DNA from: Octopus sinensis
Taxonomy: Eukaryota
Length of the DNA: 64,000 nt
Direction: 5' to 3'
NCBI RefSeq assembly: GCF_006345805.1
Contig: NC_043004.1
Location: 102,920,001 to 102,984,000, forward strand
Shown here piece by piece: positions 42,039 through 54,704 of the stretch (its first letter is position 1; every line of letters begins with the position of its first letter). The position numbers and the translations under genes are program-made. The notes beneath the pieces were generated by a model, which was not told the DNA's origin, made no database searches, and worked only from the letters and a program-made list of their open reading frames with translations.

Positions 42039-42378
42039 TTTTGTTTACTTACCTGCGTTAATTTCATGATTTATTTCATCAACTTTTGTTTACTTACCTG
42101 TGTTAATTTCATGATTTATTTCATCAACTTTTGTTTACTTACCTGCGTTAATTTCATGATTTATTTCATCAACTTTTGTTTACTTACCTGCGTTAATTTC
42201 ATGATTTATTTCATCAACTTTTGTTTACTTACCTGCGTTAATTTCATGATTTATTTCATCAACTTTTGTTTACTTACCTGCGTTAATTTCATGATTTATT
42301 TAATCAACTTTTGTTTACTTACCTGCGTTAATTTCATGATTTATTTAATCAACTTTTGTTTACTTACCTGCGTTAATT
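42039..42378. repeat. 45-bp minisatellite, ~7.5 near-identical units
   Basis: Unit TTTTGTTTACTTACCTGCGTTAATTTCATGATTTATTTCATCAAC; ACTTACCTG at 42047 + 45n (8 sites). Confidence 0.95.
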
Positions 42379-42390
42379 TGCATGTGAAAC

Positions 42391-42670
42391 ACCTGCCTAG
42401 TTATTTTTTTATTTGCACTTCTGCCCGAACTATGTATGTACTGCCATGAAATCTGACAGTGCACTTCAAAGTTTAATATCCTGCATTAAAATTGATTTAA
42501 TCTCTGCTTGTATTTTTCAATCTGTCTTTGCTTTTGTATGAGTTACACTTGCCTGGTTATTTTTTTATATGCACCTCTGCCCGAGCTGTGTATGTACTGC
42601 CATGAAATCTTACAGTGCATTTCAAAGTTTAATAATCCGCATTAAAATTGATTTAATCTTTATCCATTTG
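42391..42670. repeat. Older ~156-bp tandem duplication
   Basis: acctgcctagttattttt at 42391 vs acttgcctggttattttt at 42547. Confidence 0.8.
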
Positions 42671-42961
42671 CATTGTTTTTTTAACTTTTGTTTACATTGT
42701 ACACATGCCTTGTTATGGGTTAGGTTTGGGTTAGAGCTATGGTTTCGAGTTAGGGTTAGCATGCTTCAATGTAAATGACCACGTATACTGTATTCTAAAG
42801 TGGCATTAAAGATTAATTGAAATAGATTACCTATCAGAAATTAAGTCATGAAAGGGTTAGCAGTGTCAACACACTTTACTTCAGATTTCTATGTTTCTGA
42901 GGGCAATAAAATAAAATACTAGATAAGTACTGGGTCAATAAAGTTGACTAATTGTGTCCTC

Positions 42962-43868
42962 CTATAAAATTTCTTGCTTTGTCCCTTTGTTAGGAATTCT
43001 TAAAAGTACTATTATTTAGTGCGAGCAAGAAAAAAAGGGTGTTCAGAGAACCTCTGCAGGTTTTTTCAAACTGTTAATGTGAATGTAGATGATGTTTTTT
43101 TTCAACTTCTGTAAATTAATATCTGAAGAAAAAGGGATTCCTTGTAGAGGTTGCCATTCTAGAGAGAAATGATTGGATAAAATATTTAGCATAAGGTTTG
43201 AGCTGTGAGACATGTTAATGATGATGATGTGGGCTCAGTTTGATATAGTATACAGTTTATTAATTCACAGGAATAGCAGAAGCTGATGTTTTTTAGTCTT
43301 TTAGTTTTTTAGTTTTTTCTCTGTTTTAACAATTTGGCTGGACGAAGGGGCTGTATCCTTGGCTTTTGCATTCCTTCTGAGACGAAAGACAAGAGCTGTG
43401 CCTATGGTCTTTGCAGGCTGGATCGGGCAATGCGTTGTGTTCTTGAGCAAAGCATTTCATTTCACGTTGCTCCAGCCCACTCAGCTGGCGAAAATGAGTA
43501 ATCCTGCGACGGACTGGCATCCCGTCCAGGTGAGGAATTTCTACGCCACTGAAACCGGGAAACCGGCCCTTATGAGCCAGGCATTGCTCGAGAAGGAACA
43601 TTTATACTATAACAAAGTGAGCCCACATCATCATCTTTAGCATGTCTTACAACTCAAACCTTATGCTAACTATTTTATCCAATCATTTCCCTCTAGAATG
43701 GTAACCTCTACAAGTAACCACAGAAGTTGAAAAAAAGACATCATCTACATTCACACTTTGAGAAAGCCTGCAGAGGTTCTCTGAACACCATTTTTTTTCT
43801 CTTGCTCGCACTAAATAACAGTACTTTTAAGAATTTCTAACAAAGGCACGGAGCAAGAAATTTTATAG
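42962..43868. repeat. ~270-290-bp inverted duplication (42962-43252 / 43603-43868) around a 5'-truncated family-4 SINE (43420-43600)
   Basis: Arms align by eye at roughly 85% with one ~25-bp deletion. Confidence 0.85.
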
Positions 43869-44122
43869 ATATGCAATCGGGAATTAACCAGTTATTTTTA
43901 AGTTGTGGATTGTATGTGTCATGTCACCCGCAGACAGCTTTTATCATGAAGAGAAATATGATTGATAAAAATGGCTTTATGGGATTTTGACTGCTATTTC
44001 TAAACATGTAAGGGTTTTGAAACCTTCTTAATTATAACTGTGACTTGTTCATAATTATAAACATTCTTCTTCTATGTATTTTATGATAACATGTTTGGCC
44101 ATTGATATATTCATAAATAATT

Positions 44123-44522
44123 CTTTTCTATTCTAGGCACAAGACCCAACATATTTTGGGAAGGGGGCCAGTCCATTAGATCGATTGCAGAACACAGCTG
44201 GTACTTAATTTATCGACCCCGATAGGATGAACGGCAATGTCGACCTCGGCGGAATTTGAACTCAGAACGTAGCGGCAGACGAAATACCTATTTCTTTACT
44301 ACCCACAAGGGGCTAAACACAGAGAGGACAAACAAGGACGGACAAAGAGATTAAGGCGGTTATATCGATCCCAGTGCGTAACTGGTACTTAATTTATCGA
44401 CTCCGAATGGATGAAAGGCAAAGTCGACCTCGGCGGAATTTGAACTCAGAACGTAACGGCAGACAAAATACGGCTACGCATTCCGCCCGGTGTGCTAACG
44501 TTTCTGCCAGCTCGCCGCCTTC
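44123..44522 (-). mobile_element. Dimeric family-2 SINE, 16-bp TSD
   Basis: ATATTCATAAATAATT at 44107-44122 and 44523-44538. Confidence 0.9.
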
Positions 44523-45009
44523 ATATTCATAAATAATTATTAATTGCTTATAATTTATCCTCCGTAATGTATTATTACTTAATTTCTTACACCTATACGC
44601 ACACACTCGATAGATGAGTGGCAGGTAGAAAGGCAGAAAGAGAGGGAGAAAGAGTTAGAAAGACAGATAGAGATAGAGAGCGAGTGAGAGAAAGAGATAG
44701 AGAGCGAGAGAAAAAGGAGAGAGAGACAGAGGGAGGGAGAGAGAGAGAGATGATACATATTAGTCAGGGAGAGCGTTGAATAACATTGTTGCATTTGGTT
44801 TCTGCTAGCAACACTTTGCTTTACACCCTACCCTTTCGAGGCTGATAAAACCTTTACAAACACAAAGGGCTGAGCCCATTCTCTCTGTATAACTGGTTAA
44901 AATATGAAACTAAACAAATAAATGAATAAGTAAATAAATGAATGAATAAAGAAAAACCCTTGAAAGTCGGATTAAAAGAATAAAAGATTAAAAATGTCTA
45001 AGTAGTAAC

Positions 45010-45165
45010 CTAACGTGACTGAGTAATAAGACGCTAGCTTCTCGACCACATGGTTCCGGTTTCAATTTCAATATGTGACACCTTGGCAAAATGTCTTCAA
45101 CTATATATCTGGGTCAACAAAGACTTGAGAGAGGATTTGAAAGGTGAAAACTGAAAGAAGACCGT
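45010..45165 (+). mobile_element. Old family-1 SINE 5' half; probable matching 3' half at ~49195-49420
   Basis: Head ends at ctgaaagaagaccg+(TA)n; tail resumes after a (TG) tract. Confidence 0.55.
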
Positions 45166-45659
45166 ATATATATATATTTATTATATATCTATTTGTATTT
45201 GTGTAACTTTCTCCGTTATTTCCGTCCTTGTTTTTGTATATATTCGCTGCTTTCTTCCAAGGAATCTAATGCCCTTAGCTTAGTTTTTCCTTGGGGCTGG
45301 CCAGATTGGAGCAATCTCGAGTATAACCAGCCGATTTTGCAAAGATAATCTGGAGTAAAGACGAGAAGGAGGTGCAAGTTTTACCTGCAAGGCAAATATT
45401 GGCATGGGGAAGACGGTATAGATTGCCGGTTTGCTCACCTAAGACCCCGCCAAAACTGCAGGGCCCTAAAGGAGAAATCTTTCCTAGAGGATAGGAAGTG
45501 ATATAGATGCCGTGCGCTCTTCAGATGTTATGCGAAAGACAGAGGCTGAGCAAGAGTCTTTTTTGAGCATGGCGCAAAAGATTATGCAGCAGCTGACCTG
45601 GCTGCATCAAGCGCAAATGAACCTTGCCCACCACTGCACAAGACTGCCACCATCAACAG

Positions 45660-48600
45660 ACACGGGATGGCCTTCACTAATACCAGCACAGTCGCCACGC
45701 CAATATTTTTACTAAATATTGGAGGCCTGTTACTTCACAAAAACAAAATCAAAGTCTTTATCCCGAGAAACCTTGCTGCATGCAATCAAGCCCTATGCAT
45801 AGCATCCATGAAAACTCATCTTAGGCCTGATATAGAGGATGCAGAAGTACACATACCAAAACATACCATACTGCGAACGAACAGAAGGGAAAGGAGCCAT
45901 GTTGGGGTTGCTGCATACATCCGTGAGGACCTCACGCCACAGGTCCTAATGTCATGTTCAAATTCAGGATGTGACACTCAAGGTGTATACATAAGTCAAC
46001 ATAATATAGTCACGTGCAATACATATCGCCCACCGGATGTTCCAAACCACACGGGCAAGTTTGAAGATTGCCTCACAAGAATATAAAAAAACCCTCATGA
46101 AAAGGAACATCACGTAAGTGTAATTCATATGGGTGATTTCAACTTCCCCTGTGCCAAATGGCCCGAAGGTCTCATGCTCTCAGGAATGGCTCATTGCAAA
46201 CAAGTGCAGGTGGAGTCCCTGCTCAACTTCACCAATGCCCTATTCATGGAACAAAATGTGCTTCGACCAACCAGGGCAAATAACATATTGGATCTCTGCT
46301 TCACAAACAATATGGACATCGTTCATAATGTGAAAGTGACGCCGACATTAGTTTCGGATCACAACATAATAAAGCAATCTATGTATGGACCAAAAGTATC
46401 CAGAGACATACAGCCTAAAGGAAGCACCCGAAATCTCTCCAGTCTGAACTTCCACAAAGCGGATTGGAATTCGATCCAAAAAGAGATCCTCAGACAAGAC
46501 TGACCGAAATGTCTCTCCACACCAGCACTAGCGTAGCTAGAGTGTGCCGCCTGGGGCGGCCCTTCCGTTTTCCGTCCCGGACCCCACAAAAAACACACGT
46601 TACCTACAGCAGACCCCAAAATGATCCCCTGCTACGCTAGTGCACACCTGACATCAGCATGAAACTAGAGTATTTCATATCTGTTATGCAAGCCAAATGC
46701 CACAAATATGGCCCAGGGAACAAGGTCAACACAAAAAGGAACGAAATTCCAAGGGAGAGGAAGATCCTCATGAGACGAAGGACGAAGATTGCAAATCACT
46801 TCAACTAACATCCTAAAAGTAGTGAAAGGTCCCCCCTAAAAACAACACTGACGGAGATTGAAAAGAAGCCTGCAACAACCCTATGTGAAGAAGCCTGCAA
46901 CAACCCTATGTGAAGAAGAGAGCAGACAAAGAAGCTTGGGTTATAAAACACATAAAGTCAAGCCCAAAGGCCAAAGAAATGACCTCAGTACGCTGCACAG
47001 ATAACCCAACCAGAATTAGTGAAACACTGAATGGCCAGCTCAAAAGTGTCGTTATTACCCCGTTGGAACACAGACAAGTGAACGAACCAGTGGATTTTTT
47101 GGCGCCTCCCCTACAACCAGGGAGACGATAGATTACATCGATATTGGGGAAGAAGATATAATACTAGCCATAGATGAGGTGGAGACAAACTCAGCTGGTG
47201 GCCCTGATGCTTTTAAGCAATCTTCCTCAAATCGTGCAAACGTGCCCTGGCAAAACTACTACAAATTTCCTTCCAGAGTTTTCTGGCAAATGGCAAACTG
47301 CGAAGCAAACTGAAAGGGAATAATATGTTCAATCTGTAAAGAAGGAACCATAGCAGATGCCAAAAATTACAGGCCTATCTCTCTAACTTCACACATCAGC
47401 AAAGTCAGGGAACGAATAGTCAGAGGAAACTAATGACATTCCTTGAAAAAAAAACGACTGGCTGAGTGATACCCAGCATGGTTTTTGACCAGGTAGAAGC
47501 TGCCTGACCCAGTTCCTACAGCACTATGACTTGGTGTTGAAGCAGTTACTTGACTACTCAAGTGTGGACGTAATATACCTGGACTTTACGAAAGCTTTTA
47601 ATAAAGTTGATCATGATATGATATGCCACAAATTGCGCGGTCTTAGCATAGCTGGAAAACTTGGAGAATGGTTACATGATTTTCGGAAATATAGAAGTCA
47701 GGCAGTGGTGACCAATGGATCCACCTCAAAGGAAACACAAATAGTGAGTGGTGTTCCACAGGGCACTGTCTTGAGACCACTGCTTTTCATAACGGCCCTC
47801 TTAGATATGCCTTCAGCTGCCCGGATAGCCACCCTTGGTAGCTACGCAGATGATATGAAAGTCTTGCAGAAAATACAAAACCTTAGCGATATTGCACGCA
47901 ATTTACAGATGGGCTGAGGACAATACTATGCAGTTTAATGCTGGAAAATTCCAGGCCCTGTGCTACCAACACCCAAAATTGAACGAAAACTTACAGGATG
48001 CACTGGCCCAGTGGGGATTACAATCCCAGAATCTAAATCAGTGCGTGCCATGGGTATCGACATGAGTGATGATACCTCTTTCCAAGTGCACATTACCAGG
48101 ATGGCCACAAAGTGCAGACGACTGGTTGGATGGATCCTGAGAACGTGCAGAACCAGTGAGAAAGAAAACTCTCGAGGGCATTCGTCCTCACCCACCTAGA
48201 TTACTGCTCCCAGTTATGGTCACCCAACAGTGTAAAATTAACAGCAGACCTTGAAGCAATCCAGCGAAGCTTCACAAGGAAGATTGTCTCATTGCAATAG
48301 CTCAGCTACAAGGAAAGGCTGAAACAGCTAAGACTCTACTCCCTGGAACGAAGGCGGGAGAGATATGCAGTAATGTACATCTGGGAGGCCCTGGAAGGGA
48401 TTGTACCAAATTTTGGTATTGAAAGCTACACAAATGCTAGAACGGGACACCACTGCGCAGCACCAAAGATCCCAACGCTGCCGTCGCGCTTCAGGACCAG
48501 TTACTGCAACAGCCTGCGTTTCAAGGACTCTCAGCTTTTTGATATTCTCCCAAAAAGCCTGAGGAGCCTACACAAAGTGGATGTTGGTGTTTTCAAAACA

Positions 48601-48803
48601 AAATTGGATCTCTTCTTGTCAAAAGTCCCAGATAAACCTACCTCGCGACAGAAGGCGCAAATGAGGACATCGACATCAAACTCTTTTATTCACCAAATGC
48701 CACATATCAGATGCTCTCCATAATAACAGTGTAGCAAAACGGCGGTGCCCCAGCATGTCTGCAGCTTTGAGTGAAACCGATTAGAGAAAAATGAATAAAA
48801 GAA
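45660..48803 (+). pseudogene. CR1-group LINE ORF2 pseudogene (APE endonuclease + RT + C-terminus) with 3' UTR
   Basis: LLNIGGL, GVAAYI, MGDFNFP, NNILDLCFTN, SDHN (EN); NYRPISLTS, DVIYLDFTKAFNKVDH, SGVPQGTVLRPLLF, YADD (RT); QLFDILPK..LDLFLSKVPD (C-term); fragmented by stops and frameshifts. Confidence 0.93.
46526..46642. mobile_element. 117-bp hAT-like MITE inserted in the LINE
   Basis: Perfect 12-bp TIR CACTAGCGTAGC / GCTACGCTAGTG; TSD cacaccag / cacacctg (7/8). Confidence 0.85.
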
Positions 48804-48835
48804 TATATTATATATATGTATTTGTGTGTATATAC

Positions 48836-48959
<124 letters not shown>

Positions 48960-49719
48960 TATATATATATATATAATATGTATTTTATTATATGTAGAAA
49001 AATACAAACGGGACAAGAACGTAAAACATTTAGAAGACGATACAAAAAACACGGACGGGACATTCGAAGCCTTCAATCTTCAGTGAATATATGTATATAT
49101 GTGTGTGTGTGTATGTGTATGTATGTATGTATATGTATAGATGCTCACGCGCGCACGTGTGTGGGTGTCTATGCGTGTATGTCTGTGTTTGTGTTTGACC
49201 CGTAACGACGCTTGACAACCTGTGTTGCTTTGTTTACTTCCCCGGAACTAAACGAGGGGAAAACAAAAATAAAATAAAAAGAAAAAAACACAAACAAAAA
49301 TATAAAAAAAAAAGTACCAGGGATCGTGTCTTCCGATTAAACCTGTTGAAGGCGGTGTCCCAGTATGGCGGCAGCCCACTGACTGAAACAAACAAATGAT
49401 AAATAAAAGATAAAAGATTGTTTGACATGCCCAAACATATCTTCATAACAATCTACAGGGAATCTACAACCGTATGAAATTTCTTTCCGAATTTCTCGAC
49501 ACGAAACAAAAGATCTGCACTGCGCCACGCCGCTAAGCCTGTCATGAATCACGATATACTGGGCCAACTATTTTCTAGAACGAAGTTCATGGTGACCAAT
49601 TAGTCCACGTTGATATTTCAAGAATGTTTGTGGGAGTTGATAAAAAAAAAAATAATAGGAAAAAATATTAATCAACAAAAAAAGTTGTCTTCTGGAAATT
49701 TAGATTATATATATAGAGT

Positions 49720-49898
49720 TTAGTGTCTAATTTTGTGTATATGTGCGCATGGGTATTTATGTGTGCGCACGCATGTATATATATATATATATATATATCT
49801 GTATGTATATCTGTATGTATGTATATATGTATGTATATATGTAGGTATGTATGTATGTATGTATGTATGTATGTATGTATGTATGTATGTATGTATGT

Positions 49899-49930
<32 letters not shown>

Positions 49931-50079
49931 CTGCTTCTCTCTTTTCCCCCTCTCTTTTACATTTTTTACATTTGTGTATACATATGGAAGTCAGGTGAGA
50001 AACAGGTACAGATTTGTGCGTGTTTGGTGTGTGTGTGTGTGTGTGTGTGTATATAATGTATACATATGTATATATGATG

Positions 50080-50126
<47 letters not shown>

Positions 50127-50141
50127 ATAATATATATAATG

Positions 50142-50174
<33 letters not shown>

Positions 50175-50178
50175 GCTG

Positions 50179-50217
<39 letters not shown>

Positions 50218-50488
50218 TATGTATGTATATATACATATATATATATATATGTATATATATGTAGATATATGAATACATATGGGTGTATATATACAAAATA
50301 TATACGTATATATATGTTGTATATATATACATATATATTATGTATATATATGTGAATAACATATGTGTAATATACATATATTAATGTATATATATGAATA
50401 CATATGTGTATATATACATATATATATTTATGTATATATAAGTATATATATGTGTATATATATACATAAGTATACATATATATAAATG

Positions 50489-50519
<31 letters not shown>

Positions 50520-50603
50520 TTGTATATATGTGTGTATATATATAGATATGTATATATATATGTATGTATAAATATATTATATATATGTAAGTTTATATAT
50601 ATA

Positions 50604-50636
<33 letters not shown>

Positions 50637-50760
50637 TTGTATATATGTGTGTATGTGTACTCGGAAGACAAGTAAGTAACAGGTACAGATGTGTGTGTGT
50701 GTATGTGTGTGTGCGTGTGTGTATGTTTGATGTATGTACATAAAGAGAATGAGCGAAAGA
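49720..50760. repeat. ~1-kb compound (TA)/(TG)/(TATG) microsatellite; (GA)n 50775-50820 and (TAG)n 50978-51061 follow
   Basis: Direct reading. Confidence 0.9.
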
Positions 50761-50770
50761 AAGAAGTGGC

Positions 50771-50823
<53 letters not shown>

Positions 50824-50979
50824 AATGAGAATGTGAGAAGAAGCGGGTGGGTGAGTATGTCATTGAAATGAATGAATAAAAAAAAAATATATATATATAT
50901 ATATATATCAGTCTGGAGATTATGAATGAAACACTTCTGCTCAACAGAAATATGTCAACGATTTACACTTAATCCTTAC

Positions 50980-51060
<81 letters not shown>

Positions 51061-51444
51061 ATTGCAGGTGGTAGAGTGACTTGTTGGAATTTCCCATATA
51101 CCTGTACGCTCTATACGGCTAATTATTTGCTTATTCGTTTATTTATACAGTTTGTGTCACGCCGCCGCTTGAGAACAACAACGTTCGATCGTCAGTTTTA
51201 TAGGTTTCCTTTCCAGCTTTACTCCATTTTTCCTCTGACGGTAAAGAGCGACAAAAGAGTGTTTATGCTATTTGTTGCATGCTAAATACCACAACGTATT
51301 TGTTTTTTTTTTTGATCGTTTGTTGACGCCGAGGCAGACATTTTTTTTCAAGAGATATGCATCGGCGTAAGTTATAAACATACATAAAGGCTTGCACATA
51401 CATTATCTCTTCCTACTCCTCCCCTCTCTCTCACTAGCTACTCT

Positions 51445-51690
51445 TCTTTACTCTTACTCTTTTACACTTTTACTTGTTTCAGTCATTTGACTGCAGCCAT
51501 GCTGGAGCACCGCCTTTAGTCGAGCAAATCGACCCCGGGACTTATTCGTTTTGTAAACCCAGTACTTATTCTATCGGTCTCTTTTGCCGAACCGCTAAGT
51601 GACGGGGACGTAAACACACCAGCATCAGTTGTCAAGCAATGCTAGGGGAACAAACACAGACACACAAACACACACACATACATATACATA

Positions 51691-51729
<39 letters not shown>

Positions 51730-52146
51730 TACGACAGGCTTCTTTCAGTTTCCGTCTACCAAATCCACTCACAAGGCGTTGGTCGGCCCGCGGCTATAGC
51801 AGAAGACACTTGCCCAAGATGCCACGCAGTGGGATTGAACCCGGAACCATGTGGCTGGTTAGCAAGCTACTTACCACACAGCCACTCTTTGTTGGTTTCA
51901 GTCATTTGACAGTGGGCATGCTGGAGTACCGTCTTTAGTCGAACAAATCGACGCCGGGACTTATTCTTTGTAAGCCCAGCACTTATTTTATCTGTGTCTT
52001 TTGCCGAACCGCTAAGTTACGGGGAAGTAAACACGCCAACATCGGTTGTCAAGCGACAGTGGGGGAACAAACACAGACACATAAATACATACACACATGC
52101 GTACGTACGTACACATACTACATACATACATACATACATACATACA

Positions 52147-52179
<33 letters not shown>

Positions 52180-52345
52180 GTATACGACGGGCTTTCGGTT
52201 TCCTTCTACCAAATCCACTCACAAGGCTTTGGTCGGCCAGAAGCTATAGTAGAAGACACTTGCCAAAGGTGCCACGCAATGGGACTGAACTCGGAACCAT
52301 GAGGTTCGGAAGGAAGCTTCTTACCACGCAGCCACCCCTGCGCCT
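51445..52345 (-). mobile_element. Two tandem family-1 SINEs (51445-51887, 51890-52345)
   Basis: Colinear with other copies. Confidence 0.85.
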
Positions 52346-52369
52346 GTGTGTGTGTGTGTGTGTGTATTT

Positions 52370-52421
52370 GATGACTACCAGACGAGGCCTGATAAGCCGA
52401 AACTTTGAAGTCACTGTCATC
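52370..52421 (+). ncRNA. Degenerate type-I hammerhead-like motif
   Basis: GATGAC-TAC-CAGACGA-GGC(CTGATAA)GCC-GAAA-CTT(TG)AAG-TC-ACT-GTCATC; U4 replaced by A, proximal helix I mismatched. Confidence 0.45.
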
Positions 52422-52517
52422 CTTTCCCTAGTAAAAACTTAATAAATGTGTACACTACCAAAAGGTTTTGAGTTACTCTTCAGTTCAGTGTTAGCTTGCA
52501 CTTACATAAATCGTCTC

Positions 52518-52711
52518 GCTTTACAGTGTCTCGTCAGACCCGAAGAGCCGGTGGCCTGTAACCCCTCTTCAAAGTGGAGATAGAAAAGACCTCGTAGTTA
52601 GTTGTTGAACACACAGACAATGGAGAACTAGCCACGAGGTCTTTTCTTCCTCTACTTTGAAGAGAGGTTATAGGCCACCAACCATTAGGGTCTGACAAGA
52701 CGTCGTAAAGC
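52518..52711. repeat. Gapless 86-bp inverted repeat with 22-nt loop
   Basis: 52518-52603 vs 52626-52711, 70/86 identical by manual count. Confidence 0.9.
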
Positions 52712-52848
52712 TAAGAGCTTAATGGACTTAAAACCCTGGGTAACCTCATAGGCCGGCCACAACTCTCTTTACCAAAATACTCATCTGCTCTATGACCTGG
52801 AATGTGTTTCTCTTTCGGATTTGATTTACTGGCGATACCACACACACA

Positions 52849-52902
<54 letters not shown>

Positions 52903-53303
52903 ATGCACAGAGCTACACACACACGAACACAGCCACACACATACATTACACACAGACACATACACACAGTTACCACCACACGCGCACACACTATCACGCA
53001 CACACCCACGCAGTTACTGCCACACACACATAGGCTACCATACATACACGTTACCACACACACACAAACACACGCACACACACATGCACACAAACACACA
53101 CGCTACAACACATACTTACATATACATACACACACACATACACAAACATACACATACCGATCATCTTCACACTCTCCTGTCCCCGGAAGCACTTTCTTTT
53201 TCTCCTTCTACTTCCGGTTACTTCAGAAATGCAACCGCATGTGGACTGTTGGTGATTTTTCTCCTCCTTCCTTCTTCCCCTTTGGACTTTCCTTTTTTCC
53301 CTA

Positions 53304-53336
53304 TTTCGACGAAGAACTGTGCTCGAAATGTAAAAC
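53304..53336 (+). ncRNA. Degenerate hammerhead-like motif in a Penelope-like repeat
   Basis: TTT-C(-)GACGA-A-GAAC(TGT)GCTC-GAAA-TG-TA-AAAC; downstream sequence resembles 55595-55680. Confidence 0.4.
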
Positions 53337-53658
53337 AACTCTCTTCCCTCACCGAGCATCATATTAATACACTGCTTCTGCTGCGCCCTCACGTTTGTTT
53401 TTTTTTTCCTTTTGTTCTTTGTTTTTTTTTAAACCGACTATATACATACACACTACAGTATAGTGCACTCAGAGGTCCAATCCTACCTAGGACAACTTTT
53501 GAATTTCTTTCATTCAAGTTTTCCCCTGACTTTCTCTTTATTTAAGGAAAAAATCGACTGTGTCCAAACCTGAAGAGGGAAGGACTTCACCAAATACAAA
53601 ATCCCCAAGGTCAACCGTACGTTAGAGCGGCACCCCACCAGAACTTAAGTATTCTCAC

Positions 53659-53700
<42 letters not shown>

Positions 53701-53703
<3 letters not shown>

Positions 53704-53863
53704 CACAGGAGTGGCTGTGTGGTACGTAGCTTGCTTACGAACCACATGGTTCCGGATTCAGTCTCACTATGTGGAACCTTGGACAAGGGTCTTCTACTAT
53801 AGCCTCGGGCCTACTAAAACCTTGTGAGTGGATTTGGTAGACGGAAACTGACGGAAAACCGTC

Positions 53864-53898
<35 letters not shown>

Positions 53899-54671
53899 AA
53901 TTTACAAGATAAGGGCAGAAGAAAAATTCGAATGCCAAATATGCCGAAACAAAAAATTGTTGATAACCATTATAATTTATGCGTCTCGAAACAAACCGAT
54001 AGAAATCTCTAAAAAATTCGTTATTACCGTATTGGTCCAAATAAGAAATTTTCCCCTCTTCAGCGGCAAATATACGAGATATAAATGAAATACTTACTCA
54101 TACCCACGGAAGAAGCAAGCACCAAGTCCTGAACAGACTTAAGTACCCCAAATATATCCAAAATAGAAAAATCTTCGGCGAATTTTTTTAGAGATTTCTA
54201 TCGGTTTGTTTCGAGACGCATAAATTATAATGGTTATCAACAATTTTTTGTTTCGGCATATTTGGCATTAGAATTTTTCTTCTGCCCTTATCTTGTAAAT
54301 TATGTATAAATTTTACCTTTAAAGGCATTTTTTGATATGCTGGCCATTGATAAAATTTTTTTTCCCGAAAAAATTTTTATCCTATATTAAGCCTTGTAAG
54401 TGGATTTGGTAGACGGAAATTGAAAGAAGCCCGTCGTATATATGTATATATATATGCGTTTGTGTGTCTGTTTGTCCCCCTAGCATTGCTTGACAACCGA
54501 TGGTGGTGTGTTTATGTCCCCGTTACTTACCCGGCAAAAGAGACCAATAGAATAAGTACTGGGCTTACAAAAGAATAAGTCCCGGGGTCGAGTTGCTCGA
54601 TTAAAGGCGGTGCTCCAGCATGGCCGCAGTCAAATGACTGAAACAAGTAAAAGAGTAAAAGAGTAAAAGAG

Positions 54672-54672
<1 letters not shown>
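53701..54672 (+). mobile_element. Family-1 SINE split by a rearranged insert with a 124-bp inverted repeat (53897-54020 / 54179-54303)
   Basis: Head 53701-53865, restart with partial duplication at 54388, tail to 54672. Confidence 0.8.

Positions 54673-54704
<32 letters not shown>

Noticed and set aside
42047-42060. U1 snRNA gene (ACTTACCTG)
   Set aside because: The match is limited to the first ~10 nt; no U1 stem-loops or Sm site follow
42039-42449. CRISPR-like array or 15-aa repeat protein (MIYFINFCLLTCVNF)n
   Set aside because: Units are contiguous with no unique spacers, there are no cas genes and the context is eukaryotic; the ORF is open only because 45 is divisible by 3
42715-42760. 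Interstitial telomere
   Set aside because: Only a few degenerate TTAGGG-like units, comparable to those inside the 8526 MITE
45660-48803. Active LINE or domesticated RT gene
   Set aside because: Multiple stops and frameshifts, a MITE insertion, a 25-bp tandem duplication at ~46866-46915 and apparent deletions
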